Source: a virus
DNA length: 49,876 nucleotides
Virus record (IMG/VR): IMGVR_UViG_3300010429_000818
Reading direction: 5' to 3' (one strand)
Both the position numbers and the translations under genes were made by a program. Numbering within the stretch: the first letter of the stretch is position 1; every line of letters starts with the position of its first letter. Of the stretch, positions 17,174 through 25,372 are shown in pieces. The notes below the pieces were generated by a model that saw only the letters and a program-made list of their open reading frames with translations, made no database searches and had not been told where the DNA came from.

Positions 17174-18982
17174 TTACCACCCTGCTCCTAGTTCAATGCC
17201 CTGCTTTGGTTTCGTTTCTTCCCTCCGCTTCCTGCGCCAAGCCAGAGACCCAACGGGAGTCTCGGGCTTCTCCTGCACGGGCTGACGGGCGCTCTCGCCA
17301 ATCAGCTTCCACGCTAAGGCGTCGGGGATTACCCGGTCGCCGTGATTCGATCGTGCGCCGGACGGGTCGGTCTTGCTGGCCGACCGCGCGTGCTCAATAC
17401 TCCCATCCGGGCCGAAGATGTATTCGAGGCATTCCTCAATCGCCTCGCGCGAGCGGTTCACTGCATCGCCCTTTTCCAAGGCCGCGCGGTAGTCGCCCAT
17501 CAGCACGAGCTTGGTTTCCTTCGTGGCGGCCCAGCCCGGAATATCCGTCACCTTGCCAGAGATCGCCTCGTCGCGCTTGCGGAAATAGATGTTGCCATAC
17601 CCCAGCTCGACCACGCGAGAGCCGAACTGCCGGCCCGGCCCGTTACTCTCCCAGATCAACTGCGCGCCGCCGAACCAGCGGGCCAAGGCGACGGCCTGCT
17701 TGGCGAGAGCTTCCGGGCGAATGTGCGGATTCACGTACTCCGCGACCTTCTCGCACGTCGCCGCGTCCCACACAGCCAGCGCCGAGTTGCTTGCCCCGGT
17801 GCCGGCCGACACGTCTACGCCCACCACGAAACGATGATCCTTCGGCGGATCGTCGTTCTTGTCCAGCAGGCACCACAGGCGAAGGAAGCCCTTCTGATTC
17901 TCGCGGAAGCGGATCGGATCGGCCGTGGTGTCGTCGTGCTCCAGGTCGCCCACGAGCATGGGTGGCCGGGCGTAGCGGCGCACGATCTCGTGGATGGCGT
18001 CGGCGCGGAAGAACTGGTAGCCGGACCCCAGGTAGTCAATGTCCAACTCCTGGGCGATTTCCTGGGCGCTGGCCGACCGCTTGCACTCGTTGTCGTACCA
18101 CGGGCTGCGGAGCTTGCCGTCCAAGATCGGCTCGTATCCCTCCGGCAACCCGGCCGGGTCCAGCACCTTCAACGTTCCGTCTTCGGCCGTGGTGTACAGC
18201 CCGGCCGCCTTCAGCGGATGCCGGGACCAGTGCATCCGGAGCTTCTTGATTTGCGTCTGCCGCACGTCGTAGAAGGCGTTGCTCGTGCCGGCGGGCGTGC
18301 TGTTGAAGATACGGCAGTTGGTCGCGTCACGGGTGGACGCCAGAACGCGGTGCCCTTGCTCGACGGCAGCAAACTCGTCAAGCATGATCGCGGTTCGCCT
18401 GTCTCCGCGAGCCACATTGCCAGTAGTTGATTCACCATCGACAACGCTCCCGTTCGCAGGGTTCTCGATATGCAGCTTGCAGCGGTGGATGTTCGGGTTG
18501 TACCCTTCCGGCTTCAGCCACGAGGGCAGATTGTCGAGAAGGTAGTCCAGCTTCCAGAACATCGCCTTCGGGTTGCCGGCCTTGTCCACGTACTCTTCAA
18601 CGCGGGAGACCAGCAGGAAGGACTGGCCGGGGCGGAACAGGAAGCACCAGGCGATCGCCGCGATGCACAGCCAGCTCGCGCCCATGTCGCGGCTCTTCTC
18701 GACCAGTAGATCGTGGTCGCCGATCGCGCCGACGAGATCCAGGATCGCCTCTTCCTGGAAGGGGTAGAGAATGAACGGCAGCTTCGAGGACGGCTTGCGG
18801 CGCGGGTCGTACGTCCAGCCGAACCCGCTCAGCCAGAACAGCGGGTCGCGCGAGCACGCATCCCGCATCGCGGCAGCGTACTCGGGATCTTCCATCGCCC
18901 GGCGCTGCACGGCGGCCCGCCAGCGGAGATTGCCGGCGAGATCCTTGGGGATCAGGTGATTCAGCGGCGCGTCGATCTTCAT
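17174..18982 (-). CDS. terL: Terminase large subunit
   Basis: 602 aa from ATG 18982 (TAATG overlap with the upstream ORF). It has the P-loop variant VEKSRDMGASW, a Walker B-like AIMLDEFA, and a C-terminal nuclease-like half. The track ORF start at 19153 is an Arg-rich extension. Confidence 0.8.
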   Translation of the reverse strand: MKIDAPLNHLIPKDLAGNLRWRAAVQRRAMEDPEYAAAMRDACSRDPLFWLSGFGWTYDPRRKPSSKLPFILYPFQEEAILDLVGAIGDHDLLVEKSRDMGASWLCIAAIAWCFLFRPGQSFLLVSRVEEYVDKAGNPKAMFWKLDYLLDNLPSWLKPEGYNPNIHRCKLHIENPANGSVVDGESTTGNVARGDRRTAIMLDEFAAVEQGHRVLASTRDATNCRIFNSTPAGTSNAFYDVRQTQIKKLRMHWSRHPLKAAGLYTTAEDGTLKVLDPAGLPEGYEPILDGKLRSPWYDNECKRSASAQEIAQELDIDYLGSGYQFFRADAIHEIVRRYARPPMLVGDLEHDDTTADPIRFRENQKGFLRLWCLLDKNDDPPKDHRFVVGVDVSAGTGASNSALAVWDAATCEKVAEYVNPHIRPEALAKQAVALARWFGGAQLIWESNGPGRQFGSRVVELGYGNIYFRKRDEAISGKVTDIPGWAATKETKLVLMGDYRAALEKGDAVNRSREAIEECLEYIFGPDGSIEHARSASKTDPSGARSNHGDRVIPDALAWKLIGESARQPVQEKPETPVGSLAWRRKRREETKPKQGIELGAGW

Positions 18983-19239
18983 TAAGCGGCGTACCTCGCG
19001 TACGACTCCGCGCAGTCCTTGCAGCAGAAGAATGCCCACGGGCCAGCGAATCCGACAGCGCTGCGGACTACAAGTCCCTCGTTGAGCGCGCAGACAGCCG
19101 AGCCGGTTGTGCGTGCGCACGTCCGGCCGAGCGGCTTGCCGCAGTGGTCGCACCGCTCGACCAGTTCGGCGGCCTTCATCTCTGCCTTCTTCTTCACGGC
19201 CTTACACCACTTCAAGTGCGAAGTCTTTGTCTTCGGCAT
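18982..19239 (-). CDS. Small Zn-ribbon protein
   Basis: 85 aa from ATG 19239 (MPKTKTSHLKW...). Cys pairs CDHCGK ... CCKDC. It lies between the TerS candidate and TerL. Confidence 0.5.
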   Translation of the reverse strand: MPKTKTSHLKWCKAVKKKAEMKAAELVERCDHCGKPLGRTCARTTGSAVCALNEGLVVRSAVGFAGPWAFFCCKDCAESYARYAA

Positions 19240-19244
19240 CGCGC

Positions 19245-19958
19245 TTATTGCTCCAGGCTTGACAACATGGCCTCGATCTCCGCCAGACTCCGCTGCCCGC
19301 TCGCGCGGGCCTGCCGGTCGGCAGCGTCGTCCGCACCCTTGCTCTCGGCTTGGGAGACGCGGCCGAGGAAGTTCTTCGGGTCTTCCTTGGCCTGAACGTA
19401 GAGGAAGTACGCTGAGTCGCACGGGCACTTCTCGGGCTCTACCCCGGTGCGAAGGAACTCGCCGGCCGCGTCCAGCGCCCAGCTCAGTTGATCGCGGTAG
19501 GAGAGCTTCTTCCCCTCGTTGACGACCACCTTGGCTTCTGGCTTCTGCACGTAACGCGGGATGTTCTTGTTGGCGTCGGGATTCACGTCGAACTCGGACA
19601 CGTCGAACTCCTTGAACAAGCGGTGGAGACAGGGGAACTCTTTGCTGGCGGAGACCACGGCTTGATGCAAGGTCAGCCCGCCGTACTTACTCGACAGCGC
19701 CTCGACGCGAGCGGTCCAGGCAGGGAGGTCTTCGGGGGATTGGCGTTGAAGGGCCGCCTTGGCACGGACGGCAAAGAACTCCATGTCGCCGCTCTTCACG
19801 AACGGCTTGAGCTTCCGCCGGGCACCACGCCTCTTGCAGACCTCGGCGACCCTGAGCACGGACACCCCGAACTCAGCGGCCAGCTTCCTCTGGGACTCCC
19901 CGGCCGCGTAGCGTCGGGCGATCTCCGCCCTCTGCCGGTCATTGATCTTCTCAACCAT
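19245..19958 (-). CDS. HTH DNA-binding protein, small terminase subunit candidate
   Basis: 237 aa with an N-terminal HTH (ESQRKLAAEFGVSVLRVAEV). It lies just upstream of TerL and next to the coding-free region. The function is positional inference. Confidence 0.45.
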   Translation of the reverse strand: MVEKINDRQRAEIARRYAAGESQRKLAAEFGVSVLRVAEVCKRRGARRKLKPFVKSGDMEFFAVRAKAALQRQSPEDLPAWTARVEALSSKYGGLTLHQAVVSASKEFPCLHRLFKEFDVSEFDVNPDANKNIPRYVQKPEAKVVVNEGKKLSYRDQLSWALDAAGEFLRTGVEPEKCPCDSAYFLYVQAKEDPKNFLGRVSQAESKGADDAADRQARASGQRSLAEIEAMLSSLEQ

Positions 19959-20002
19959 CGCCTATATTCCAGTGTACTCAGGTGGTGGGATCGAACGCTG
20001 TG

Positions 20003-20434
20003 TTACATGCACAGGCGGCAGCCGGGGGTCCACTGCTCGCAGCCCCGGCAGGAGTCCGGCGGGGCGTTCGGCTGCTGGGGCTCCGGGCCGAGAAGCCCGC
20101 CGTCCGGGCCGAGGGTCGGCAGATCGTGCGGGACCGGCGGCGCAGCAAGCTCCGGATCCCGGAAGTCGGTCGGCTGGACGGCCAGCGGTTGAATGCGGAG
20201 GATGCCGGTCGCGGGGCTGGCTTTAAGCCGGGCCTTCTCCAGTGCGGAGATCAGCGGGTTGCGTCCGCGACGGGCTTGCCCCTTGCCGCCCGGCAGCGCG
20301 AGGCCGTACTGCTCAAGTTCCTGCCAGGTCGTCTCGCCGGCCTTGACGTTCCTGTTCGCCGTGTTGTAGCAAGAGCAACACAGCCCTCTACCCTGCGCTT
20401 TCCTACCGCAACCCTCTACAATACATTTCGTCAT
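20003..20434 (-). CDS. Zn-finger protein (CxxGC...GLCxxCY type), first gene of the late operon
   Basis: 143 aa with a GGAGG RBS. The N-terminal motif CIVEGCGRKAQGRGLCCSCY and the C-terminal CRGCEQWTPGCRLC are both Cys clusters. Confidence 0.55.
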   Translation of the reverse strand: MTKCIVEGCGRKAQGRGLCCSCYNTANRNVKAGETTWQELEQYGLALPGGKGQARRGRNPLISALEKARLKASPATGILRIQPLAVQPTDFRDPELAAPPVPHDLPTLGPDGGLLGPEPQQPNAPPDSCRGCEQWTPGCRLCM

Positions 20435-20469
20435 AACGCCTCCAAAGAGCTGCCGTGTGACTTGATGGT

Positions 20470-20525
20470 GCCTCTATTACTATTATAACATACCATGCAC
20501 ATTCATCGAAATGTTATGCGTTGGC
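20470..20525 (-). promoter_or_regulatory. Candidate late-operon promoter (extended -10)
   Basis: The minus strand reads TGTTATAAT (complement of 20482-20490) in an AT-rich island about 50 nt upstream of the first late gene. The -35 is weak (TTCGAT). Confidence 0.4.
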
Positions 20526-20986
20526 GCTGAGCGATCCGGAGGCTGGGTGTCAAAAGTGGGTGAGGGCCTGCGCGGTGCTTGCTCGGTCCAGGCCCACAAT
20601 GGCTCCGGCCCGGGATCGCCCACGCAGCAGGGATGAGCGCAAGCGACCCTCTGGGTACGAAGCGGCCCGGCGGCCTCTCGGTCCTGGGGGCGGGCCAAGG
20701 GCACGGGCGACCGCTTACAAGATCAGCTAGGACTTGTAAGCCGAACTCGCCTCGTTCCGGCCGTGGTTTTCCAACAGTGGGGGAAGACCGCTTCATCAAG
20801 CACTTTTGGGCTTCAGCGCGTGAAGGGGCACCTCAATCCAAGAACACTCCCCGGAGGAAGGGGCGGTGTCAGTGTTTGGGCTTCAGGCTTCAAGGTGGCA
20901 TCAGCGCGGTTTTTTTGAAGTCCCTTGGGGTGGTCGGGTGGTAACATACCCACCGAACCTAAGTCGAGAAGAGAGAATATTTTATA

Positions 20987-21113
<127 letters not shown>

Positions 21114-21672
21114 AGCATTCATGCACCCCGTTGAAGGCTTGAAGTCATTGACGAGGTCGGCGGCATGGTGGGTGCCGGAGGGTGTTTTACCAACGGTGGG
21201 GTATCGTTGCGGCCGAGGTCTCGCCTCGGTCGGCCCCAGGCCACTGGCCCGCTCCAAGACCAGCGGGGCCCCACGCGGAATCCGGCTCGCTCTGAGGCCC
21301 GCTGTGGCCCGAGGAGCCTCCCGTGGCTCCTGAGAGGCCCGGGGCCCCTGTCGGCCGTCCTGAGCGAAGCTAGGGGCCTTCCTGGAGGTCTGGGCAGGCT
21401 GGGAGGGATGGGGCCCCGTGGGTTCCGCGCAGCCGGAGGGGAGCTAAGTGTTACCTGGCTGGCAAGCAGGCCGGCGGGGTGCGGGCAAGATTTACTACGC
21501 TTGGGGCCCCCTGACAGACTCCCAACAATACTAGCCTACGCTGCATATTGCCTACAATCTGCCCTATTGCGGACTATAACGGGTCGTCTTAGTCCGCAAG
21601 CACGAGGGCATGGGCTGGGCATGGGGAAATGGGCTGTTGACCAGCCCAGCAGGGAGCGCAAAGCAGAACTAG

Positions 21673-21840
21673 CCCTCCCCTTCCCCTTTCCCTCCCCTCG
21701 TGTTCCCCTTGCCCTGCTCTTGCCTTCCCCTTCGCATTCGCCTTCCCCTTCGCCTTCCCCTCGTGCTTGCCCTTCGTTCTGCCCTGCCATTCGACCAGCC
21801 CAGCCCAGCCCAGCGCCTTCCCGTTCTCTCAACTCTCTCT
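21673..21840. repeat. Second pyrimidine-rich tract with GCCTTCCCCTTCG-type repeats and (CCAGC)n; G-quadruplex motif on minus strand
   Basis: 21673-21699 is 27 nt of pure C/T (ccctccccttcccctttccctcccctc). Three copies of gccttcccct(t)cg follow. ccagcccagcccagcccagc lies at 21796-21815. Confidence 0.9.
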
Positions 21841-21860
21841 ATTGATATGCATTGCAATAG
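21839..21860. promoter_or_regulatory. Operator-like palindrome in AT-rich island upstream of the early operon
   Basis: CTATTG-atatgcattg-CAATAG with a nested ATGCAT, inside the AT-rich 21835-21965 stretch preceding the first early gene. Confidence 0.35.
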
Positions 21861-22012
21861 ATTCACACTCTTGACCATAGTATATACGTATCACCCATCA
21901 GAAAATTATTTTGAATTTTGCTTGCCAAACCTTGAAACGTATGCTGCGCGCATGCAAACTATAGATGGGTACGGAAACCAGAACGAAACAACTAACACAA
22001 AGGGGAACGACA

Positions 22013-22177
22013 ATGGCCGAAACAAGAGAGATTGTGGTGAAGGACGGTAATCGGGAAATGCATGTAACGTTGCCAGCGCCCATCCATGCTTGCGATTTAC
22101 TGGCGCTATTCACGAGGGATTACCTTTCTCCCCTCGTGACAATCAGCGCCGACGGGATTGCAGTGGTGAGGTTCTAA
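22013..22177 (+). CDS. Early ORFan (54 aa)
   Basis: The ATG is preceded by aaggggaacgaca, the same 19-nt initiation context as the next gene. The 70-aa track ORF start has no RBS. Confidence 0.45.
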   Translation: MAETREIVVKDGNREMHVTLPAPIHACDLLALFTRDYLSPLVTISADGIAVVRF

Positions 22178-22222
22178 CAGCTCAGCTCAGCACAACTCAA
22201 CTCAACAGCAAGGGGAACGACA

Positions 22223-22654
22223 ATGGCCACAACGAAGAGAGTAAGCAATCGCGAGAATGAGAAATGCGGTCAACTCAACGCGCTTAGGGCTGAGCGCTGG
22301 CAGCGCATGGCCGACAAGGCGACAAGCGATATCCAGAGGGAAGAATACCAGAACATCGCCTTCTTCTACAGCAAGCGCGCGGCAGAATACTTTGCGGCGC
22401 AAGAGGGGCAAGATACTTTCTGCTTTGCGACCAGCCCATTCCTTCCCAACGGCGCGCAGATTCTCAAGCGCTACGAGCTATCAACAGGGCAATGGATTGT
22501 GCTTGCGGCATGGGGGAAGGGGAAGGGGAGGGAATACATTACTTGGTTCTGTGAGCAGGACGGGAGCGCTTCATTGGGTAATTACTTCAGGGATTACGAC
22601 AAAGCGTACAGCGATTTCTTCTCGCGAGTATTCCGATACGTGAAGCAGGACTGA
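22223..22654 (+). CDS. Early ORFan (143 aa)
   Basis: GGGGA RBS, protein-like composition, no recognisable motif. Confidence 0.55.
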   Translation: MATTKRVSNRENEKCGQLNALRAERWQRMADKATSDIQREEYQNIAFFYSKRAAEYFAAQEGQDTFCFATSPFLPNGAQILKRYELSTGQWIVLAAWGKGKGREYITWFCEQDGSASLGNYFRDYDKAYSDFFSRVFRYVKQD

Positions 22655-22668
22655 GAAGGGCAGGGCAT

Positions 22669-22716
22669 GGTTGCCCAGCCCATTGCCTTCATTGAAGGCG
22701 CTGGGCTGGTTATTCC
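22669..22716 (+). promoter_or_regulatory. Conserved intergenic hairpin, copy 0 (diverged)
   Basis: Outer stem CCAGCCC/GGGCTGG, inner stem GCCTTCA/TGAAGGC, flanks GGTTG... and ...GGTTATTCC. Confidence 0.5.
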
Positions 22717-22758
22717 TGACTAGCAATGCCGCAAAGTAAGCAACAGGGGGAACGTATC

Positions 22759-23169
22759 ATGCAATTGAAAAGACCAGTTATCATTACGTCGCGCTTGCTG
22801 CCCGGAGTCATAGTAGGGGGCGCTTTTGTTTCGATCGAATACGCCAAGCGCCCCGGGCGCGATGGGCGCACGCGCTATCAGTACCATATCGACCTTCCCG
22901 AGAGTGAGCGCGGGGAGCGCCTATCGTTAAGCGCCGATGACATGCAATCTGGCTGTCAGGGGGGAAGCCTGCAGGAGGGGCTAACTTCCCTCTTGTCGTT
23001 TCTGAGCGCTTGCGGGGAATCCCTTAGTTACGCAACGCGCACGGAAGAGCCTGGGGAGAATGCAGATCTGTTCCCTGCCGTACTTGCCCAATGGGCAGCG
23101 CAAAACAGTGACGAACTAGGCGCGCTTGCTTGTGAGCTAGAAGAGCGCGAAGGGCTCATCGTCGAATAG
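22759..23169 (+). CDS. Early ORFan (136 aa)
   Basis: The ATG at 22759 is preceded by cagggggaacgtatc (RBS). The track start at 22726 lies inside a 25-nt repeat and lacks an RBS. Confidence 0.5.
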   Translation: MQLKRPVIITSRLLPGVIVGGAFVSIEYAKRPGRDGRTRYQYHIDLPESERGERLSLSADDMQSGCQGGSLQEGLTSLLSFLSACGESLSYATRTEEPGENADLFPAVLAQWAAQNSDELGALACELEEREGLIVE

Positions 23170-23183
23170 GCGCGCAGGGCAAC

Positions 23184-23241
23184 GGATAGCCCGGCCAGCA
23201 ACCCCGTAAAGCAAGCAATCGGGGATTCTGGCCGGCTTATC
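23184..23241 (+). promoter_or_regulatory. Conserved intergenic hairpin, copy 1
   Basis: GGATAGCCCGGCCAG ... CTGGCCGGCTTATC with inner stem CCCCG/CGGGG. Confidence 0.6.
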
Positions 23242-23274
23242 TAGCATCTTGTCACACAACAGGGAGAGAGCATC

Positions 23275-23916
23275 ATGAGCACGTTGACCAAAGAGCAGTT
23301 CAAGACCTTTACCAAGCGTTACACGAACGAAAGCGGCGCGTCATGTACGCTCGTCGTGACAATCCGCCATGACGACCAGTGCGGCAATGGGCACAACACG
23401 TTTTCGGTTACTGCCGATCTGCGAGAAGGGCGCGGCCAGTCTTGCGGTTGCCTACACGAGGAAATAGCGCAGCGCATGCCGGAACTTGCGAGCTACATCA
23501 AGTGGCATTTGTGCAGCACGGACGGCCCGCTGCATTACGTCCCCAACACGGTCTATCACGCAAGCAATCGCGATTGCTGGGGGTTGCGCAAGGGGGAGTT
23601 TCGCCAGTCCATTGACAAGCAAAGCGGTCTGCCGATATGGGAATTGAGTTTGGATGACATGGAGAATTCGCACGGCAAGGTGGTTCGTTTGTCCGAAACC
23701 GAACCGGGGCCGACGAAACTCAAGTGGAAACCGCTCGGGAGAATCGGGGAAGGAAAAGAGCGCGACCTTGACGCCGCGCGCCGGTCTGCAATCTGGCCAG
23801 ATGCAACCGACGATGAGTTGACAGCGCCGAGACTGAAAGAGCGCCTGCAAGCGCGACTTCCTGCCCTGCTGGCAGAATTCCGCGCGGCTGTCGAGAGTCT
23901 TGGCCTCACCTACTGA
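23275..23916 (+). CDS. Early hypothetical protein (213 aa)
   Basis: GGGAGAGAG RBS and a well-formed ORF. It contains DDQCGNGHNTF and CGC motifs. No family recognised. Confidence 0.6.
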   Translation: MSTLTKEQFKTFTKRYTNESGASCTLVVTIRHDDQCGNGHNTFSVTADLREGRGQSCGCLHEEIAQRMPELASYIKWHLCSTDGPLHYVPNTVYHASNRDCWGLRKGEFRQSIDKQSGLPIWELSLDDMENSHGKVVRLSETEPGPTKLKWKPLGRIGEGKERDLDAARRSAIWPDATDDELTAPRLKERLQARLPALLAEFRAAVESLGLTY

Positions 23917-23930
23917 TATCCACCGGGCAC

Positions 23931-23981
23931 GGATAGCCCGGCTTGCTTCACTGGCCAGCAGTGGCGCAAGCCGGCTTATCC
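23931..23981 (+). promoter_or_regulatory. Conserved intergenic hairpin, copy 2
   Basis: GGATAGCCCGGCTTGC ... GCAAGCCGGCTTATCC with inner stem CACTG/CAGTG. Confidence 0.6.
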
Positions 23982-24007
23982 CTTTCCTTTCACCTGGAGT
24001 AACCACC

Positions 24008-24433
24008 ATGCAAGCAACGATTAACAGGCCCGGCCGGGAATGCGGCACTTTCGACCGCGCTTGTGAGCGCGCCGCCGAGTATGCGAACCGCCACGGCTGC
24101 AAGCTGGTCAAGGCCGAAGAGTTCCTTATTCGTGCCGGCTGGGGGCGCGCAATCTTCGGTATCGAGCGCGTTAGCTGCGCCGACCGGACACTTCGCTACA
24201 TCAATACAGGCGACACTTACAGCTTGACGCTAGGGCGTGAAGGTCGGGGCGAAGTGTTCACAACTTCGTGGGGCGACTGGTACGAACAAGCCGAACGGGA
24301 ACACGAAGAAGAAGAGGGCGTTGTCCGTTGTGGCTATTGCGGGGAGTTCACCCCGTACGACGAAGACACCGGCTGGTATGAGACCGTATGCGAACATTGC
24401 GGGCACTACGTTGACGGTTCAGAGGGGCTGTAG
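24008..24433 (+). CDS. Early hypothetical protein with C-terminal Zn-ribbon (141 aa)
   Basis: The ATG at 24008 follows a cacctGGAG RBS. The upstream part of the track ORF covers hairpin copy 2. C-terminal CGYCGE...CEHCGH. Confidence 0.55.
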   Translation: MQATINRPGRECGTFDRACERAAEYANRHGCKLVKAEEFLIRAGWGRAIFGIERVSCADRTLRYINTGDTYSLTLGREGRGEVFTTSWGDWYEQAEREHEEEEGVVRCGYCGEFTPYDEDTGWYETVCEHCGHYVDGSEGL

Positions 24434-24461
24434 CAGCGCCGCCAAACAAGCGGTCGGGCAA

Positions 24462-24507
24462 GGATAGCCCGCCAGCCTGCCCCACGGGGCGCGCTGGCGG
24501 TTTATTC
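24462..24507 (+). promoter_or_regulatory. Conserved intergenic hairpin, copy 3
   Basis: GGATAGCCCGCCAGC ... GCTGGCGGTTTATTC with inner stem GCCCC/GGGGC. Confidence 0.6.
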
Positions 24508-24528
24508 TCACCACCTGGAGATTACATC

Positions 24529-25161
24529 ATGAGGACTACGTTTAGGCACGGGGACAAGATGCTCTCCGTGGAAAGCAGGCCGGCGGAGATTGACTTCTCT
24601 GAATTGCTGGAAGCAACGGAGATAGAAGACGACGACCATTATGAAGCGCCGTGGGACAATCGCGACGGCTACGACCACAACAGAACGCCAGTAAGCCGGC
24701 TGCATGATAACGCGAACTACACGGAAATGCAGGGCTACACCAGCAGCCACTACTACCGCGAGAACTTCATTGTCGCGCCCAAGGACGGGGAGGACTGGGG
24801 GCTGTACGAATACATGAGGCAGCGTGGGGCGTCAAGGCAAGTGGCGGCCGAAGCGGTTGCAGCCCAGCGCCGGCGGATTATTGCCCAGCTTGTGCAATGG
24901 CTTGAGCACGGCTGGCAATGGTACTGCGTTACCTGCAATTACGAGGTGCTTGGCGAAGAGTATATCAATTCGCTTGGCGGCATTGATGACTACGACTACG
25001 CCAGAGAACTAAAAGAAGAAGTGGCCCTTGAAGTCGCCCGTGAGCTGGAAGAAGCCGGCTACACCGTGACGGGAAAGCCCGACGTGCCGGGCTGCTACAA
25101 CAGGGCGGACAAGCAAGCTGAGCTGCGCCGCAAGCTGGCCCTGCATAACTGGAGCGCCTGA
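24529..25161 (+). CDS. Early hypothetical protein (210 aa)
   Basis: cacctGGAG RBS, acidic, no recognisable family. Confidence 0.55.
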   Translation: MRTTFRHGDKMLSVESRPAEIDFSELLEATEIEDDDHYEAPWDNRDGYDHNRTPVSRLHDNANYTEMQGYTSSHYYRENFIVAPKDGEDWGLYEYMRQRGASRQVAAEAVAAQRRRIIAQLVQWLEHGWQWYCVTCNYEVLGEEYINSLGGIDDYDYARELKEEVALEVARELEEAGYTVTGKPDVPGCYNRADKQAELRRKLALHNWSA

Positions 25162-25343
25162 TGGAAACCGTCGAACGAGAAGACGGCTGGTGGATTACTG
25201 GCGTTCCGGATTGCATGGACTGCGGGCCATACCCAACTCGCGCAATGGCCGACGATGATATGCGGGGAATGGCCCGCTATCACAAGTACAGCGAAAAGCC
25301 GGGGTGGTTCAGCGTGACAAGCCCTAGCAATGCCGCAAAGTAA
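25161..25343 (+). CDS. Small early hypothetical protein (60 aa)
   Basis: TGATG start-stop overlap with the upstream gene. It contains CMDC. Confidence 0.45.
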   Translation: METVEREDGWWITGVPDCMDCGPYPTRAMADDDMRGMARYHKYSEKPGWFSVTSPSNAAK

Positions 25344-25372
25344 GCAACCCGATTGACACCTGGAGAGGCACA

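Noticed and set aside
17164-18430. Long plus-strand ORFs (361 and 362 aa) antisense to the terminase gene
   Set aside because: They are Arg/Pro/Ala-rich shadow frames opposite a gene with clear TerL motifs. The same applies to 13049-14044, 14258-15199, 15479-16690, 8119-8832, 143-988 and 48552-49667.
18983-19153. N-terminal 57-aa extension of TerL in the ORF track (start 19153)
   Set aside because: The extension is Arg/Cys-rich and overlaps the Zn-ribbon ORF. The ATG at 18982 gives the recurrent TAATG coupling and a normal TerL N-terminus.
19975-20002. GGGATCGAACGC (complement GCGTTCGATCCC), resembling a tRNA T-loop between the Zn-finger and TerS-like genes
   Set aside because: The flanks do not form a T-stem or an acceptor stem. 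It is probably a chance match or at most a fragment.
21673-21840. CT-rich tandem motifs considered as a CRISPR-like array
   Set aside because: The units are 11-13 nt without spacers of constant length, they are not palindromic, and no cas genes are present.
21165-21845. 226-aa plus-strand ORF across the GC-rich core of the control region
   Set aside because: It is extremely Pro/Gly/Arg/Ser-rich (SPSPSPSPS from the CT tract) with no start context. This is typical of chance open frames in GC-rich DNA.
21596-22716. Inverted copies of short motifs (CCCTCCCCTTCCCCT vs GGGGAAGGGGAGGG; CAGCCCAGCGCCTTC vs GAAGGCGCTGGGCTG) flanking the first two early genes, considered as an invertible switch for the serine recombinase
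   Set aside because: The matches are only 12-17 nt and low-complexity, and they are not collinear between the two sides. I kept them only as a motif observation.
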